Shown piece by piece: positions 1 to 9,859 of a stretch of 64,000 nt of DNA. The stretch comes from Oceanospirillaceae bacterium (GTDB taxonomy: Bacteria; Pseudomonadota; Gammaproteobacteria; Pseudomonadales; Balneatricaceae): positions 33,493-97,492 of the forward strand of contig JAPYOS010000001.1 of the NCBI GenBank assembly GCA_029938085.1. Reading direction: 5' to 3'. Both the position numbers and the translations under genes were made by a program. The first letter of the stretch is position 1. Each line of letters opens with the position of its first letter. Below the pieces are notes generated by a model, which saw nothing but the letters and a program-made list of their open reading frames with translations, had not been told where the DNA came from and did no database searches.

Positions 1-1138
1 CTAAAATGATGGAGCCTGTCCACTCAACAGCTTCCGCGGCAAGGCGATGACGTTGTCGCCAATAACGTTGCGCCAACACCAAACCCCAGGCCATCAACAG
101 GCTCAGCAAGGCCGAGCTTAGGGCAACCCACAAACTGTTCACAAAAGCGCGCCATAGGCGCACATCCAGCAGTACTTGCAACCAAGCATCGTTAATGCCT
201 GCAATCACCACAGCCACTAAAGGCACTAACACCAATAGGGTGGCTAGCAGTAACACAGAGGCATCATGCACTTTGCTCATCAGTGATTGAGTATCCGGCC
301 GCAACGACAGCTTGCTATGGCCTATGCCCTGACTGGCAAACATATCAATAGGACGCCCTAAGCGTAGGCCACACCATAAAATAAAACCACAAAATATAAT
401 TTGTAAGAGGCTCAAGTACACGGCTTTTGCCATGTCAAAATCAAACCGAATGGCTTGGAAAATAGCCACTTCAATGGTGGTGGCTTTCGGCCCTCCACCC
501 AAGGTCATAACAATGGCAAAACTGGTAAAGCACAAGGCAAAAATCATGGCGGCCAGTTGCGGTAACACACCTTTGAGATGGGGCCATTCAATGTGACGCC
601 AAAGGTCGGTGGAACTCATGCCCAGCTGGCTGGATAAGCGCCAGGTTTCCGGTGCAATGGCTTCTAAGCGCTGTAACAAAATACGCGCCGCAAGGGGTAG
701 ATTAAAAAATACGTGGGCCAACAGAATACCCACTAAACCGTACACATAACTGCGTGGTTGCCCACCTAACCAGTACCAAAGCTGGTTCACATAACCTTGT
801 TTACCATGCAATAAAATGATGCCGTAAACGGCAATAATACTGGGCACCACTAGGGCCACACTAAAACAGCGCAGCATTAACCAACGGCCGATAAAATGCG
901 GTCTACGGGCTAACGAGCGGGCGACCAACAAAGCTAAAGCTAAACTGATGATGGTAGATAAAGTGGCTTGCCACCAAGAAAACCAAACCACCCGCCAAGT
1001 ATAGGATTCCTGCACGTACAGCGACCACTGTGCCTGTTCTGTGTAGGATAAAAATGCCCCAACCGCAGTTAATAATGGCAACAATACCAACAAAAAACTG
1101 AAGCCACTAAAGGCATGCCAACTGCGCAGCTTAAACAT
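1..1138 (-). CDS. thiP: Thiamine ABC transporter permease ThiP (partial, runs off the left edge)
   Basis: Not in the ORF track; translated by hand from ATG at 1138 (MFKLRSWHAFSGF...). Carries ThiP-like segments WRVVWFSWWQATLST, LAHVFFNLPLA and TLGGGPKATTIEVAIFQA. Codons 61 to 2 are still in frame and open (…AVEWTGSIIL). The start overlaps the waaA stop. Confidence 0.85.
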   Translation of the reverse strand, partial: MFKLRSWHAFSGFSFLLVLLPLLTAVGAFLSYTEQAQWSLYVQESYTWRVVWFSWWQATLSTIISLALALLVARSLARRPHFIGRWLMLRCFSVALVVPSIIAVYGIILLHGKQGYVNQLWYWLGGQPRSYVYGLVGILLAHVFFNLPLAARILLQRLEAIAPETWRLSSQLGMSSTDLWRHIEWPHLKGVLPQLAAMIFALCFTSFAIVMTLGGGPKATTIEVAIFQAIRFDFDMAKAVYLSLLQIIFCGFILWCGLRLGRPIDMFASQGIGHSKLSLRPDTQSLMSKVHDASVLLLATLLVLVPLVAVVIAGINDAWLQVLLDVRLWRAFVNSLWVALSSALLSLLMAWGLVLAQRYWRQRHRLAAEAVEWTGSIIL

Positions 1139-2414
1139 TAACGAGCATGCTGTTGAGTACAGCAAAATGCCGATCTAAGGCACCTTTTTTAGAGTCCACT
1201 AAGGTTTGGCCTGCAACACCCATACGTTGGCGCAACTCCAAATCACTCAGCAAGCGACTGATATCTGTCAATAGGCTAGCATTGGTAGTGATCATTAAGC
1301 CTTGTACCTGCTCCAATTGATCGCACACTTGGGCAAAGTTAAAACAATTGGGGCCCATCACCACCGGTTTACCTAATGCAGCCGCCTCTAATGGGTTATG
1401 CCCACCGGTGTCTGCCAAGCTGCCGCCCACAAACACCAAATCGGCGCAGCGATAATAATCCACTAACAAACCCATGCTATCTACTAACAATATGCGCTTT
1501 TTTTGTTCTGCTTGGGCCTGTTTAAAAGCGCCAGCTAACTCAGCTAATTGACTGTGCCGCGCCCATACAAAACCCGACTCTGCACACAGGTCCGCCACTT
1601 CCTCAAACCGCTGGGGATGACGCGGCACTAACACCAAGGTGCCACTTAACTTGGCAGGCAATTGCGACCAAACCTGCAACAGCGCCGACTCTTCACCGTT
1701 ACGAGTGCTGCCACACACCCAGCACAAGTCACTGGACAATAATTCAGCGACTATGGGATGCTGCTTTACTGGAGGCAATTGTAAATCGTATTTTAGACTA
1801 CCCAATACGCTCACCGATACTGCTTGTGCGCCTAGCTGTATGAAACGTTGCGCGCTGGCCTGATCCTGCACCAAAACGTGGCTAAGCTGCCGTAACATTG
1901 GTGCAACCAACACCTTAAAGCGCTGATAACCCTTGGCCGAACGGGCGGACATACGCCCATTAACCAACACCGTTGGTACCTTGCGTCTGGCGCACTGGGC
2001 AATCAAATTGGGCCACAACTCGGTTTCAACCAACAACACCGCGCGCGGATTAATCCGACGCAACATCAAGGTATTGGCAAGGCCCAGATCCAGCGGTAAA
2101 AAACCGTGACTCACGCGTTCATTGTGACCAAATAGCTGCTGGCATCGAGCTTGAGCGGTAACGCTGGTGGTGGTGACTAACACGGGTAGCATTAATTCGC
2201 TGAGCAGGCGTTCAATGAGCGGGGCAATGGCGTTTAACTCGCCTACGCTGGCGGCATGAACCAACACCGGACGGTGCTGCTCATTAGGCAACCATCCATA
2301 ACGTTGCCAAAAACCTTGGCGAAATTCGGGCCGACGCCAGATAAACAACAGGTGAGCCACTGCCCCAATGGGCAACAACAAATAACACAAGCAGGTATAA
2401 ACGAAGACTGGCAC
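1131..2414 (-). CDS. waaA: 3-deoxy-D-manno-octulosonic acid (Kdo) transferase
   Basis: 427 aa with motifs HAASVGE, ETELWPN, VNGRMS, VPRHPQRF and GGHNPLE. Confidence 0.96.
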   Translation of the reverse strand: MPVFVYTCLCYLLLPIGAVAHLLFIWRRPEFRQGFWQRYGWLPNEQHRPVLVHAASVGELNAIAPLIERLLSELMLPVLVTTTSVTAQARCQQLFGHNERVSHGFLPLDLGLANTLMLRRINPRAVLLVETELWPNLIAQCARRKVPTVLVNGRMSARSAKGYQRFKVLVAPMLRQLSHVLVQDQASAQRFIQLGAQAVSVSVLGSLKYDLQLPPVKQHPIVAELLSSDLCWVCGSTRNGEESALLQVWSQLPAKLSGTLVLVPRHPQRFEEVADLCAESGFVWARHSQLAELAGAFKQAQAEQKKRILLVDSMGLLVDYYRCADLVFVGGSLADTGGHNPLEAAALGKPVVMGPNCFNFAQVCDQLEQVQGLMITTNASLLTDISRLLSDLELRQRMGVAGQTLVDSKKGALDRHFAVLNSMLVNV

Positions 2415-2477
2415 GGGTACAAAATAACCTTATGTTTGATAGACTAGCCGTTCATCCATTTCCATGACGCCCCACAC

Positions 2478-3552
2478 ATGAAGATCGTCAATCTGATTTC
2501 TGGCAAAGACTTAGGTGGCCCTAAGCAGACTTTTTTACATTACAGCGATAATTTACGCCAATTAGGCCATCAAGTCACTTCCGTCATACGCCCTAAAGCA
2601 CAATTACAGAGCCTATTACAACAAAGGCAACTGCCATATACGCTTCTCGATTATCCACGCACCCGCTTGCCGTGGCTTAAAAATATTGCCATCAAGCGCT
2701 TAACACAGCTGTTTTCACAACAGGATGCGCAATTGGTGGTTGTGCACAAACCCATAGACGCCGACCTCGCTCAAGCCGCGATGCCGGCCAAGTGCAAACT
2801 GGTGTTAGTGCTACATAGCTACACTGCAAAAGGTATTATGGCAGCCGACTTATTGGTTTGCGTGTCACCCGTGTTGGCAGAGTTTGCGCGCCAACAAGGC
2901 TACACTGGCCCCTTAGAGGTGATCCCAAACTTAGTGGAATTGAGCGCTAGTGAGCCTGCGACTCGGCCGCCACATCAACCACCGGTAATCGCCACCATGG
3001 GCGTACTCAGACGCACTAAAGGACAGGATTTGTTATTACAGGCCGCCCATATTCTGCAGCAACGCCAAATGTTATTTAAATTAGTAATTGCCGGCAAAGG
3101 CCGTTGGCATAAAAAAGTAAATCGCCTCATCAACAGTTTAGGCCTTAGTCACATCACCCAGCGGCTCGACTGGGTAAGCAATGCGCAACGTGATGCGTTT
3201 ATCGATGCAGCCGACATTGTGTGTGCCATCTCGTGGCGAGACCTTTGGCATGGTGGTGATCGAAGCCATGGCCCGCAAACGTTTAGTAGTAGCCACCCGT
3301 TGTGGTGGCCCACAAGGCATTATCGAACATCAAGTCAATGGGCTCTTGTGTGATATTGACGTGCTTAGTTTAGCCGACGCCTTACAACAGGCCATCGAAC
3401 TAACGGCACACGACCACCAGCAACTCTGCGAAGACGCTTTTATCCACGCCCGTGATCATTACAGCCCAGTGCCTGTGCGATCACAGATTAGCGCAATGCT
3501 TAAGCTGCATATCGAAACGCCGTTAGAAGAACAGCACCAAGCTCCAGACTAA
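2478..3552 (+). pseudogene. GT4-family glycosyltransferase, frameshifted (split into ORFs 2478-3353 and 3181-3552)
   Basis: The first frame gives the N-terminal GT-B fold up to DAADIVC. The second frame gives VPSRGETFGMVVIEAMA...GGPQGII...NGLL. The frames switch inside the (TG)4 tract at 3218-3225. Confidence 0.85.
3218..3225 (+). repeat. (TG)4 dinucleotide tract at the glycosyltransferase frameshift
   Basis: Sequence reads ATTGTGTGTGCCATCT. Adding one TG unit gives ATT GTG TGT GTG CCA TCT CGT (I-V-C-V-P-S-R). Confidence 0.8.
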
Positions 3553-3885
3553 CAGACACTGCAACAAGGCTAGTAATACCGCAGCCGAAGCCACATCTTT
3601 AGCCACGCCAGACCAGTGGTGGCGTTCGTCACCATGGCGATTAACCGCCGCCTCAATACCGGTGTTGAGTAATTCAGAAATCAACACCACAAACAGACTG
3701 AGCACCAAAATAGCGCTTTCCAGTGCAGTTTCTGGCCACCACAAGGCCAGTGGTAACAGCACTAATAGAGCCAACGATTCTTGCTGAAAAGCGGTTTCGT
3801 TACGCCACGCAAACAATAAGCCTTGCCACGAATACTGGCAGGCTTTTAACCAACGTTTTAGACCACGAACTTTAACGGTAGACAC
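3523..3885 (-). CDS. dgkA: Diacylglycerol kinase (prokaryotic DAGK)
   Basis: Motifs YSWQGL..AWRNETAFQQE, ELLNTGIEAAV and AKDVASAAV. Start moved to GTG 3885 because GGGAG lies upstream (track start 3900). Confidence 0.92.
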   Translation of the reverse strand: MSTVKVRGLKRWLKACQYSWQGLLFAWRNETAFQQESLALLVLLPLALWWPETALESAILVLSLFVVLISELLNTGIEAAVNRHGDERHHWSGVAKDVASAAVLLALLQCLLVWSLVLFF

Positions 3886-3901
3886 CTTTAAGACTCCCAA
3901 A

Positions 3902-5683
3902 TCAGGCCTGAACGGAATGGAACTGCAGTTGATGTAGATGTGCGTACAAACCTTGCTTCGCTAGCAGTTGGGCGTGATCACCTTGCTCAACCACGCGGCC
4001 TTGATCCATCACTAAAATCACATCGGCTTGTTCGATGGTGGACAGTCTATGGGCAATCACTAAGGTGGTACGGTTTTGCATAACTTCATCTAACGCTGCC
4101 TGAATGTGCCGCTCTGACTCGGTGTCTAAGGCCGATGTGGCTTCATCCAATACCAGTAGCGGCGCATTTTTAAGCAAGGCCCGGGCAATGGCAATGCGCT
4201 GCCTTTGTCCGCCAGACAATAACACGCCAGACTCGCCCACCAAGGTATTTAAACCGTCGGGCATACGTTGGGTAAATTCAGTCACTCGAGCCGCCGTAGC
4301 CGCTGCGGTCACCTGCACATCAGTGGCGTCGTGCATGGAACCGTAAGCAATATTGTTGGCAATGGTGCCATTAAACAACACCACTTGCTGATTAACCAAC
4401 GCCACTTGCCGCCGCAAGTCGGTACGCACAATGTCCTGAACATTATCGCCATCCAGTAAAATGCGCCCCGCCTGGGGTTCGTAAAAGCGTAACAACAAGT
4501 TGACTAAGGTCGACTTACCACTGCCTGAACGCCCCACCAAAGCCACCACTTGGCCCGCTTTAATGTCAATATTCACTTGCTCTAGCACGGGTTTGCTGTC
4601 GTAACTAAAATCAACCTGCTCAAAGCGAATGTGGCCAAGCGCCCTGCTAATGTGTTTTTTACCTTGGTCCAATTCGGGAGTTTCGTCCAACAAGGAAAAA
4701 ATACTTTGTGACGCTGCAATACCCTGCTGCAAAATGCTGTTTATTTCGGTCATCGAGCGTAATGGCTTGGTCAACATGCCAGCAGCGGTGATGAAGGCGA
4801 TAAATTGGCCTGCCGTCATGGTGTCGATAATACTGGGGTGCAAGGCTAAATAAATTAAACTCGCCATGGCCATAGCCACAATCATTTGCACTAAGGGGGT
4901 AGAAATGGATTCTGCCAGTGCCAACTTCATGGCTTGTTGGCGGTTGTTATTGCTGGCTTGGGCAAATCGTTGTCGCTCTTGCTGCTGCGCACCAAACACA
5001 CGCACCACCTCATAGCCTTTAATGGCTTCGCTGGCGCTCGCCGTCACCTGTCCCATACTGTCTTGTAAATTGGCACTGATGTTTCTAAAACGCTTAGAGG
5101 CTTTATTAACCACCCAACCAATAAACGGCCCAATGGTGAGAAACACCAACGACAACTGCCAGTTGAGGTACACAATATAGGTTAACAAACCCACAATGGT
5201 GAGGCCCTCGCGGACAAATATTTTTAGGGCTTCTGTGGCTGCACCGGTCACCTGTTCAACGTTAAAGGTCAGTTTAGACAACAAAGTGCCCGACGCATTA
5301 CGATGATAGAAGCGTGCTGGTAATACCAACAAACGGTCGAATATGTCTAGTCGTAACTGATGAATCACTCTGCGTGCCACATAGGTGATGCCGTAATTGC
5401 CCAGGAAAAAGCCCACGCCACGCACAAAAAATATACCTAACACCGCGGCAGGAATCAGCAAACGCGCTTGTTGATCATTTTGTTCAACGCTATCCACCAT
5501 ATATTCCATGAGGCTAGCAAAGGCGGGTTGGGTGGCGGCGAATAAGACAAAACCAACAATGCTCAACGTAAAGATGAGGCCATGCTGCATAACATAACCC
5601 AACAAACGTCGGTAAGCACTCCACGCGCTCATGGGCTGGCCAGCAGCGGACTCAGTATCAGGTGGGTTCTGTGGGTCGGTCAT
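3902..5683 (-). CDS. msbA: Lipid A export ABC transporter MsbA
   Basis: 593 aa TMD+NBD with Walker A GRSGSGKST, signature LSGGQRQR and LDEATSALD. Located in a lipid A gene neighbourhood. Confidence 0.95.
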   Translation of the reverse strand: MTDPQNPPDTESAAGQPMSAWSAYRRLLGYVMQHGLIFTLSIVGFVLFAATQPAFASLMEYMVDSVEQNDQQARLLIPAAVLGIFFVRGVGFFLGNYGITYVARRVIHQLRLDIFDRLLVLPARFYHRNASGTLLSKLTFNVEQVTGAATEALKIFVREGLTIVGLLTYIVYLNWQLSLVFLTIGPFIGWVVNKASKRFRNISANLQDSMGQVTASASEAIKGYEVVRVFGAQQQERQRFAQASNNNRQQAMKLALAESISTPLVQMIVAMAMASLIYLALHPSIIDTMTAGQFIAFITAAGMLTKPLRSMTEINSILQQGIAASQSIFSLLDETPELDQGKKHISRALGHIRFEQVDFSYDSKPVLEQVNIDIKAGQVVALVGRSGSGKSTLVNLLLRFYEPQAGRILLDGDNVQDIVRTDLRRQVALVNQQVVLFNGTIANNIAYGSMHDATDVQVTAAATAARVTEFTQRMPDGLNTLVGESGVLLSGGQRQRIAIARALLKNAPLLVLDEATSALDTESERHIQAALDEVMQNRTTLVIAHRLSTIEQADVILVMDQGRVVEQGDHAQLLAKQGLYAHLHQLQFHSVQA

Positions 5684-5767
5684 TTCTGATCCTTAGATAA
5701 CATCGCAAACCTAGTTTCAAAGGCGAGCTCGGTGTAAACTGCAGCTCTGTTCAAATTTATACTAGCC

Positions 5768-6724
5768 GTGGCTATTTCTCACACACCTAACATGCCTAAC
5801 CCCACCAGCCCATCAGACTTGCCTTCACTAAGCCGTTTTTACGGGCCCAAATATTGGGCCATATGGCTGGGGCTGGCCTGTTTACGCTTCACCATTATAT
5901 TACCTTGGCGCTGGCGTATGGCAGTGGGTAGAGCTATTGGGTGGCTATTGTATCAGTTATCCGGCCGCAGACGGGGGATTGCAGAAACCAATATTAGCCT
6001 TTGTTTTCCGCACCTAAGCCAGCCCCAACAAAGCCGCTTAGTACAAGCTACCTTTGCCGACAACGGTGTGGGTGTCATTGAGACCGCAATGGCTTGGTGG
6101 AGTTCCCGCCACACCTTCAACAAGCGTGTCACCGTGACTGGCACCGAGTTGATTGACCAAGCCCAGTCTGAGAGTCGCGGCGTACTGTTAGTGGGCGCTC
6201 ACTACACCAGTTTAGACCTAGGGGGCATATTACTTGCGCCTAGCTACCCTTATTATGCAACCTATCAGCGCCATGGCAACGCCTTAATGGATACCATCAT
6301 CCGTGGCGGCCGTTTACGTCATCTACCGGGCATGGTAGAACGCGACGATATACGCCAGGTGATGCGGTTATTAAAACAAGGCAAGATCGTGTGGCTAGCT
6401 CCAGATCAAGACGTAGGCCCAGAGCGCTCTGTATTTGCACCTTTCTTTGGAGTCGATGCGGCCACCACTCCGATCGTCAGCCGCCTCGCTCAAGCAACGG
6501 GAGCAAAAGTATTGCAGTTTAGCCACCACCGCATCAACCAAGATAGTCACTACCAACTCACCATTAGCGACTCGTTAGCCAGCATCCCAAGCGGCAATGC
6601 CCAGCAAGATGCGGCTTGTTTAAATGCGGCTATAGAGGCACAAGTCACCCACTACCCAAGCCAATATTTGTGGCTTCACCGGCGTTTTAAAACGCGACCA
6701 ACCAACAAACCGTCGATCTACTAA
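5768..6724 (+). CDS. lpxL: Lipid A biosynthesis lauroyl acyltransferase (LpxL/HtrB)
   Basis: HYTSLD (H-x4-D type) motif, APDQD, FAPFFG and QYLWLHRRFKTRP. Confidence 0.9.
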   Translation: MAISHTPNMPNPTSPSDLPSLSRFYGPKYWAIWLGLACLRFTIILPWRWRMAVGRAIGWLLYQLSGRRRGIAETNISLCFPHLSQPQQSRLVQATFADNGVGVIETAMAWWSSRHTFNKRVTVTGTELIDQAQSESRGVLLVGAHYTSLDLGGILLAPSYPYYATYQRHGNALMDTIIRGGRLRHLPGMVERDDIRQVMRLLKQGKIVWLAPDQDVGPERSVFAPFFGVDAATTPIVSRLAQATGAKVLQFSHHRINQDSHYQLTISDSLASIPSGNAQQDAACLNAAIEAQVTHYPSQYLWLHRRFKTRPTNKPSIY

Positions 6725-9651
6725 CCCGAGCAGCCCGTCATCATGTTTTGCCAAATACCTTTCACCGTTTGGCGTTGCTCAAACAGGTCATCTGCAGACA
6801 CCTTGCCCGCTTGATTTTGCAAGGTTAGCCGGTGTTCTACCGATCGCATCAGCTGATAAGCTTCGCGCAGGCTGCGGCTCTGTTCAGCGGACATCAGGTG
6901 ATGTGCTTCTAAGCCCTCTAAAATGCGGATATTGTCGGTGTGGGTCAGTAGTTCAGGCTGATTTTGCCCGTGGGCCAGCACGGCATATTGCACCATAAAC
7001 TCAATATCGACGATACCACCTTCATCCTGTTTTAAATGAAACTCATGCACTTGGCCGTCGGCACTAGGTTTGGTTGCCAACTGCTGACGCATTTTGTTAC
7101 GCATAGACACCACTTGCTGACGCAACTCCTTTTCGTCTCTAGGCTGGCTTAACACCTGCTTGCGTACATTAAGAAACGCCTGAGCTAAGCTTTGACTGCC
7201 GGCGATAGGCCTTGCGCGCACTAGGGCTTGATGCTCCCAAGTCCAAGCTTCATGCAATTGGTATTGCGTAAACGCTGTTAAACTCGAGACTAACAACCCT
7301 TTGGCGCCATCTGGCCTTAAACGCATATCCACTTCATACAACTGCCCAGCACCGGTGACCGTATTAAGGTAGTTAATCATGCGCTGGCCCAAACGGGTAA
7401 AAAATACACTGTTGGCAATGGGTTTTGGGCCATCAGTTTCCGTTTGCGAGGGCATATCGTAAACAAACACTAGATCCAAATCTGAACCATAACTTAATTC
7501 CCAGCCCCCGACTTTACCGTAGCCAACCACAATAAAGTCATCGCATGTCCCATGTTGGTTTTGAGGGTTACCATGACGCTCTCCTAACTCGCTCCAAGCG
7601 AGGTGCATCACTTGCCCCATAACAGCCTCGGCGACGTAAGTCAGCTGGTCGCTCACCTGCATAAGGGATAATCGCCCGGTAACTTCGTTGGCCGCTATGC
7701 GTAGCAAATGGGCATGCTTAAAATGCCTCAGGGCCTCCATCAACTGTTCGGTATCGTCTTCGGGCAGACGCAACAAATTTTGTTCTAACTCTTGTTTGAG
7801 TGCCACCGCATCGGGCACATGAAATAAACTATTAACGTCTAATAATTCATCCAACAACGACGGTTGGCGTGCCAGAAAATCTGCAAACCAGGAGCTGGCC
7901 GCGCACAGTTCAACCAACAACCTTAAGGCGGCAGGATTTTCGAGCAATAACACCAAATAAACCGACCGCCGTAGCACTGCTTCTATCAATACCAATACCC
8001 GAGACAAAGTCACTGCTGGGTCTGTTTGCTGGGCAGCAAGACATAATATTTGCGGCATCAACGCAGCCAATCGTTCTTGCGCTATTGGCTGCATCGTTTG
8101 TGCAGCACGACTTTGGTGCAGTTCCCACAGATGCTGCAAACTACGATGGGTGTCTGCAAACCCTGCGGCGGCCAAAATGGCTTGCCACTGGGGCTGTTGC
8201 GGCATCTGATCGTTGACCAAGCTTGCGTGTGTAATTTGTTGCCAAAGGTGAGTCAGCTGATCATCCGGTGCTAGGAATTCAGCATCTTCTTTAACCTCAA
8301 CGACCAACTCAAATTGTTGATGGATAAAACCACGGGCGTGGTCGATACTCTGTTGTAGACTTTGCCAATTGGAAAATCCCAAGGCAAAGGCCACACGCGC
8401 TTGTTCTAACGCTTGATCAGGCAGGTCTTGCGTTTGTTGATCTTGCACTGCTTGCAGGGCATGCTCGACATCCCGTAAAAACCAATAGTGTTGGCGCAAC
8501 TGCTCGACATCATCGCTATCTAGTCCTGCACACTCTGGCAGCAAATCCAGTACCGCCATCAAACTCGTCGTCTGTAGCCGTTGATCGCGACCGCCGCGAA
8601 TCAACTGGAAGGCTTGAGCGATAAATTCCACTTCTCGGATACCGCCAGTGCCTAATTTAACGTTTTGCTGTAATCCGCGACGACGCACCTCGCTGGCAAT
8701 CATTTGTTTTAAACTACGCAGCGACTCGATGGCACTAAAATCCAGATAACGCCGATACACAAAGGGCCGCAACAACCTGATTAATTGGGCCCCTACAATG
8801 TCGTCACCCGCGATCACTCGCGCTTTGATGAACGCATACCTTTCCCACTCACGACCTTGTTGTTGATAATAAATTTCCATGGCGTCAAAGCTCAGGGCTA
8901 ATGCGCCGCTACTGCCATAGGGACGCAGCCGCATATCCACCCGAAATACAAACCCATCTGCAGTCACCGTATCAATGGTTTGAATCAAGCGCTGCCCTAA
9001 GCGGATAAAAAACTGCTGGTTATCGATACTGCGTTTGCCACCTTGGGTTTCACCGCCTTCGGGATAGCTGAAAATCAAGTCAATGTCGGACGACAGGTTA
9101 AGTTCGCCACCGCCTAACTTACCCATACCGAGTACTAACAACGACTGCGGTTGGCCGTCATGGCTCATGGGTTGGCCCCATTGTTTAACACTGTCGTGGT
9201 GCAACCATTGTAATGCGCTAGCTACACAAACGTCGGCCAAATTAGACAGTTCTTGCACCAATTCAAAGCTAGTGCCAAGCCGGCAGCGGTTACGCCAAAT
9301 CAGCCGTACTTGATGGCGCTTTCTAAACTGTCTTAGGCATTGCTGTAGCTGCACTTCGCTGGTAATTTCCGCCACTTGAACATGCAGAGCCTCGGCCAAG
9401 CCACTTTTAGCGTAGCTAGCGGTAAGAAAGTTATAATCTAACCATACGTCATTAAGACTCAATACCTGTGCGGTAAACGGGCTAGCCGCTAGCACTTGTA
9501 ATAATTGTCGTTGTGGTTCCCCCTGGTTCCAAACAGACGTTTCATCGGCTGTTTGGGTTAGCTCGTCAAAGCTTGCGAATACCTGCAACTGCAATGGACT
9601 GGGCAATGTGTCGATTATATTTAAGTTATCCTGCGTCACGTTCAGCGCCAT
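6721..9651 (-). CDS. glnE: Bifunctional glutamine synthetase adenylyltransferase/deadenylyltransferase
   Basis: Two nucleotidyltransferase motifs (GMGKLGGGELNLSSDIDL and GYGKVGGWELSYGSDLDL) and two VDMRLRP motifs. Start set at ATG 9651 (track start 9666). Confidence 0.97.
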   Translation of the reverse strand: MALNVTQDNLNIIDTLPSPLQLQVFASFDELTQTADETSVWNQGEPQRQLLQVLAASPFTAQVLSLNDVWLDYNFLTASYAKSGLAEALHVQVAEITSEVQLQQCLRQFRKRHQVRLIWRNRCRLGTSFELVQELSNLADVCVASALQWLHHDSVKQWGQPMSHDGQPQSLLVLGMGKLGGGELNLSSDIDLIFSYPEGGETQGGKRSIDNQQFFIRLGQRLIQTIDTVTADGFVFRVDMRLRPYGSSGALALSFDAMEIYYQQQGREWERYAFIKARVIAGDDIVGAQLIRLLRPFVYRRYLDFSAIESLRSLKQMIASEVRRRGLQQNVKLGTGGIREVEFIAQAFQLIRGGRDQRLQTTSLMAVLDLLPECAGLDSDDVEQLRQHYWFLRDVEHALQAVQDQQTQDLPDQALEQARVAFALGFSNWQSLQQSIDHARGFIHQQFELVVEVKEDAEFLAPDDQLTHLWQQITHASLVNDQMPQQPQWQAILAAAGFADTHRSLQHLWELHQSRAAQTMQPIAQERLAALMPQILCLAAQQTDPAVTLSRVLVLIEAVLRRSVYLVLLLENPAALRLLVELCAASSWFADFLARQPSLLDELLDVNSLFHVPDAVALKQELEQNLLRLPEDDTEQLMEALRHFKHAHLLRIAANEVTGRLSLMQVSDQLTYVAEAVMGQVMHLAWSELGERHGNPQNQHGTCDDFIVVGYGKVGGWELSYGSDLDLVFVYDMPSQTETDGPKPIANSVFFTRLGQRMINYLNTVTGAGQLYEVDMRLRPDGAKGLLVSSLTAFTQYQLHEAWTWEHQALVRARPIAGSQSLAQAFLNVRKQVLSQPRDEKELRQQVVSMRNKMRQQLATKPSADGQVHEFHLKQDEGGIVDIEFMVQYAVLAHGQNQPELLTHTDNIRILEGLEAHHLMSAEQSRSLREAYQLMRSVEHRLTLQNQAGKVSADDLFEQRQTVKGIWQNMMTGCSG

Positions 9652-9859
9652 ACGGTATTTTCCCAAACCACTGTTATTGCCCGTTCGCCGGCCATTTCTC
9701 TTGGAGTGATGGTGGTCAATCGGGGCTCAATTCCAATTAAAGTTACCTATAATACGTAGACCCTAACGGAAAAATTCCCCTATAATCAAGTTATACGTAA
9801 ATTTTGTCGTTCGATTGATACGCCTTTTGGCACAACCATATACAAGCAAGATCAACACT

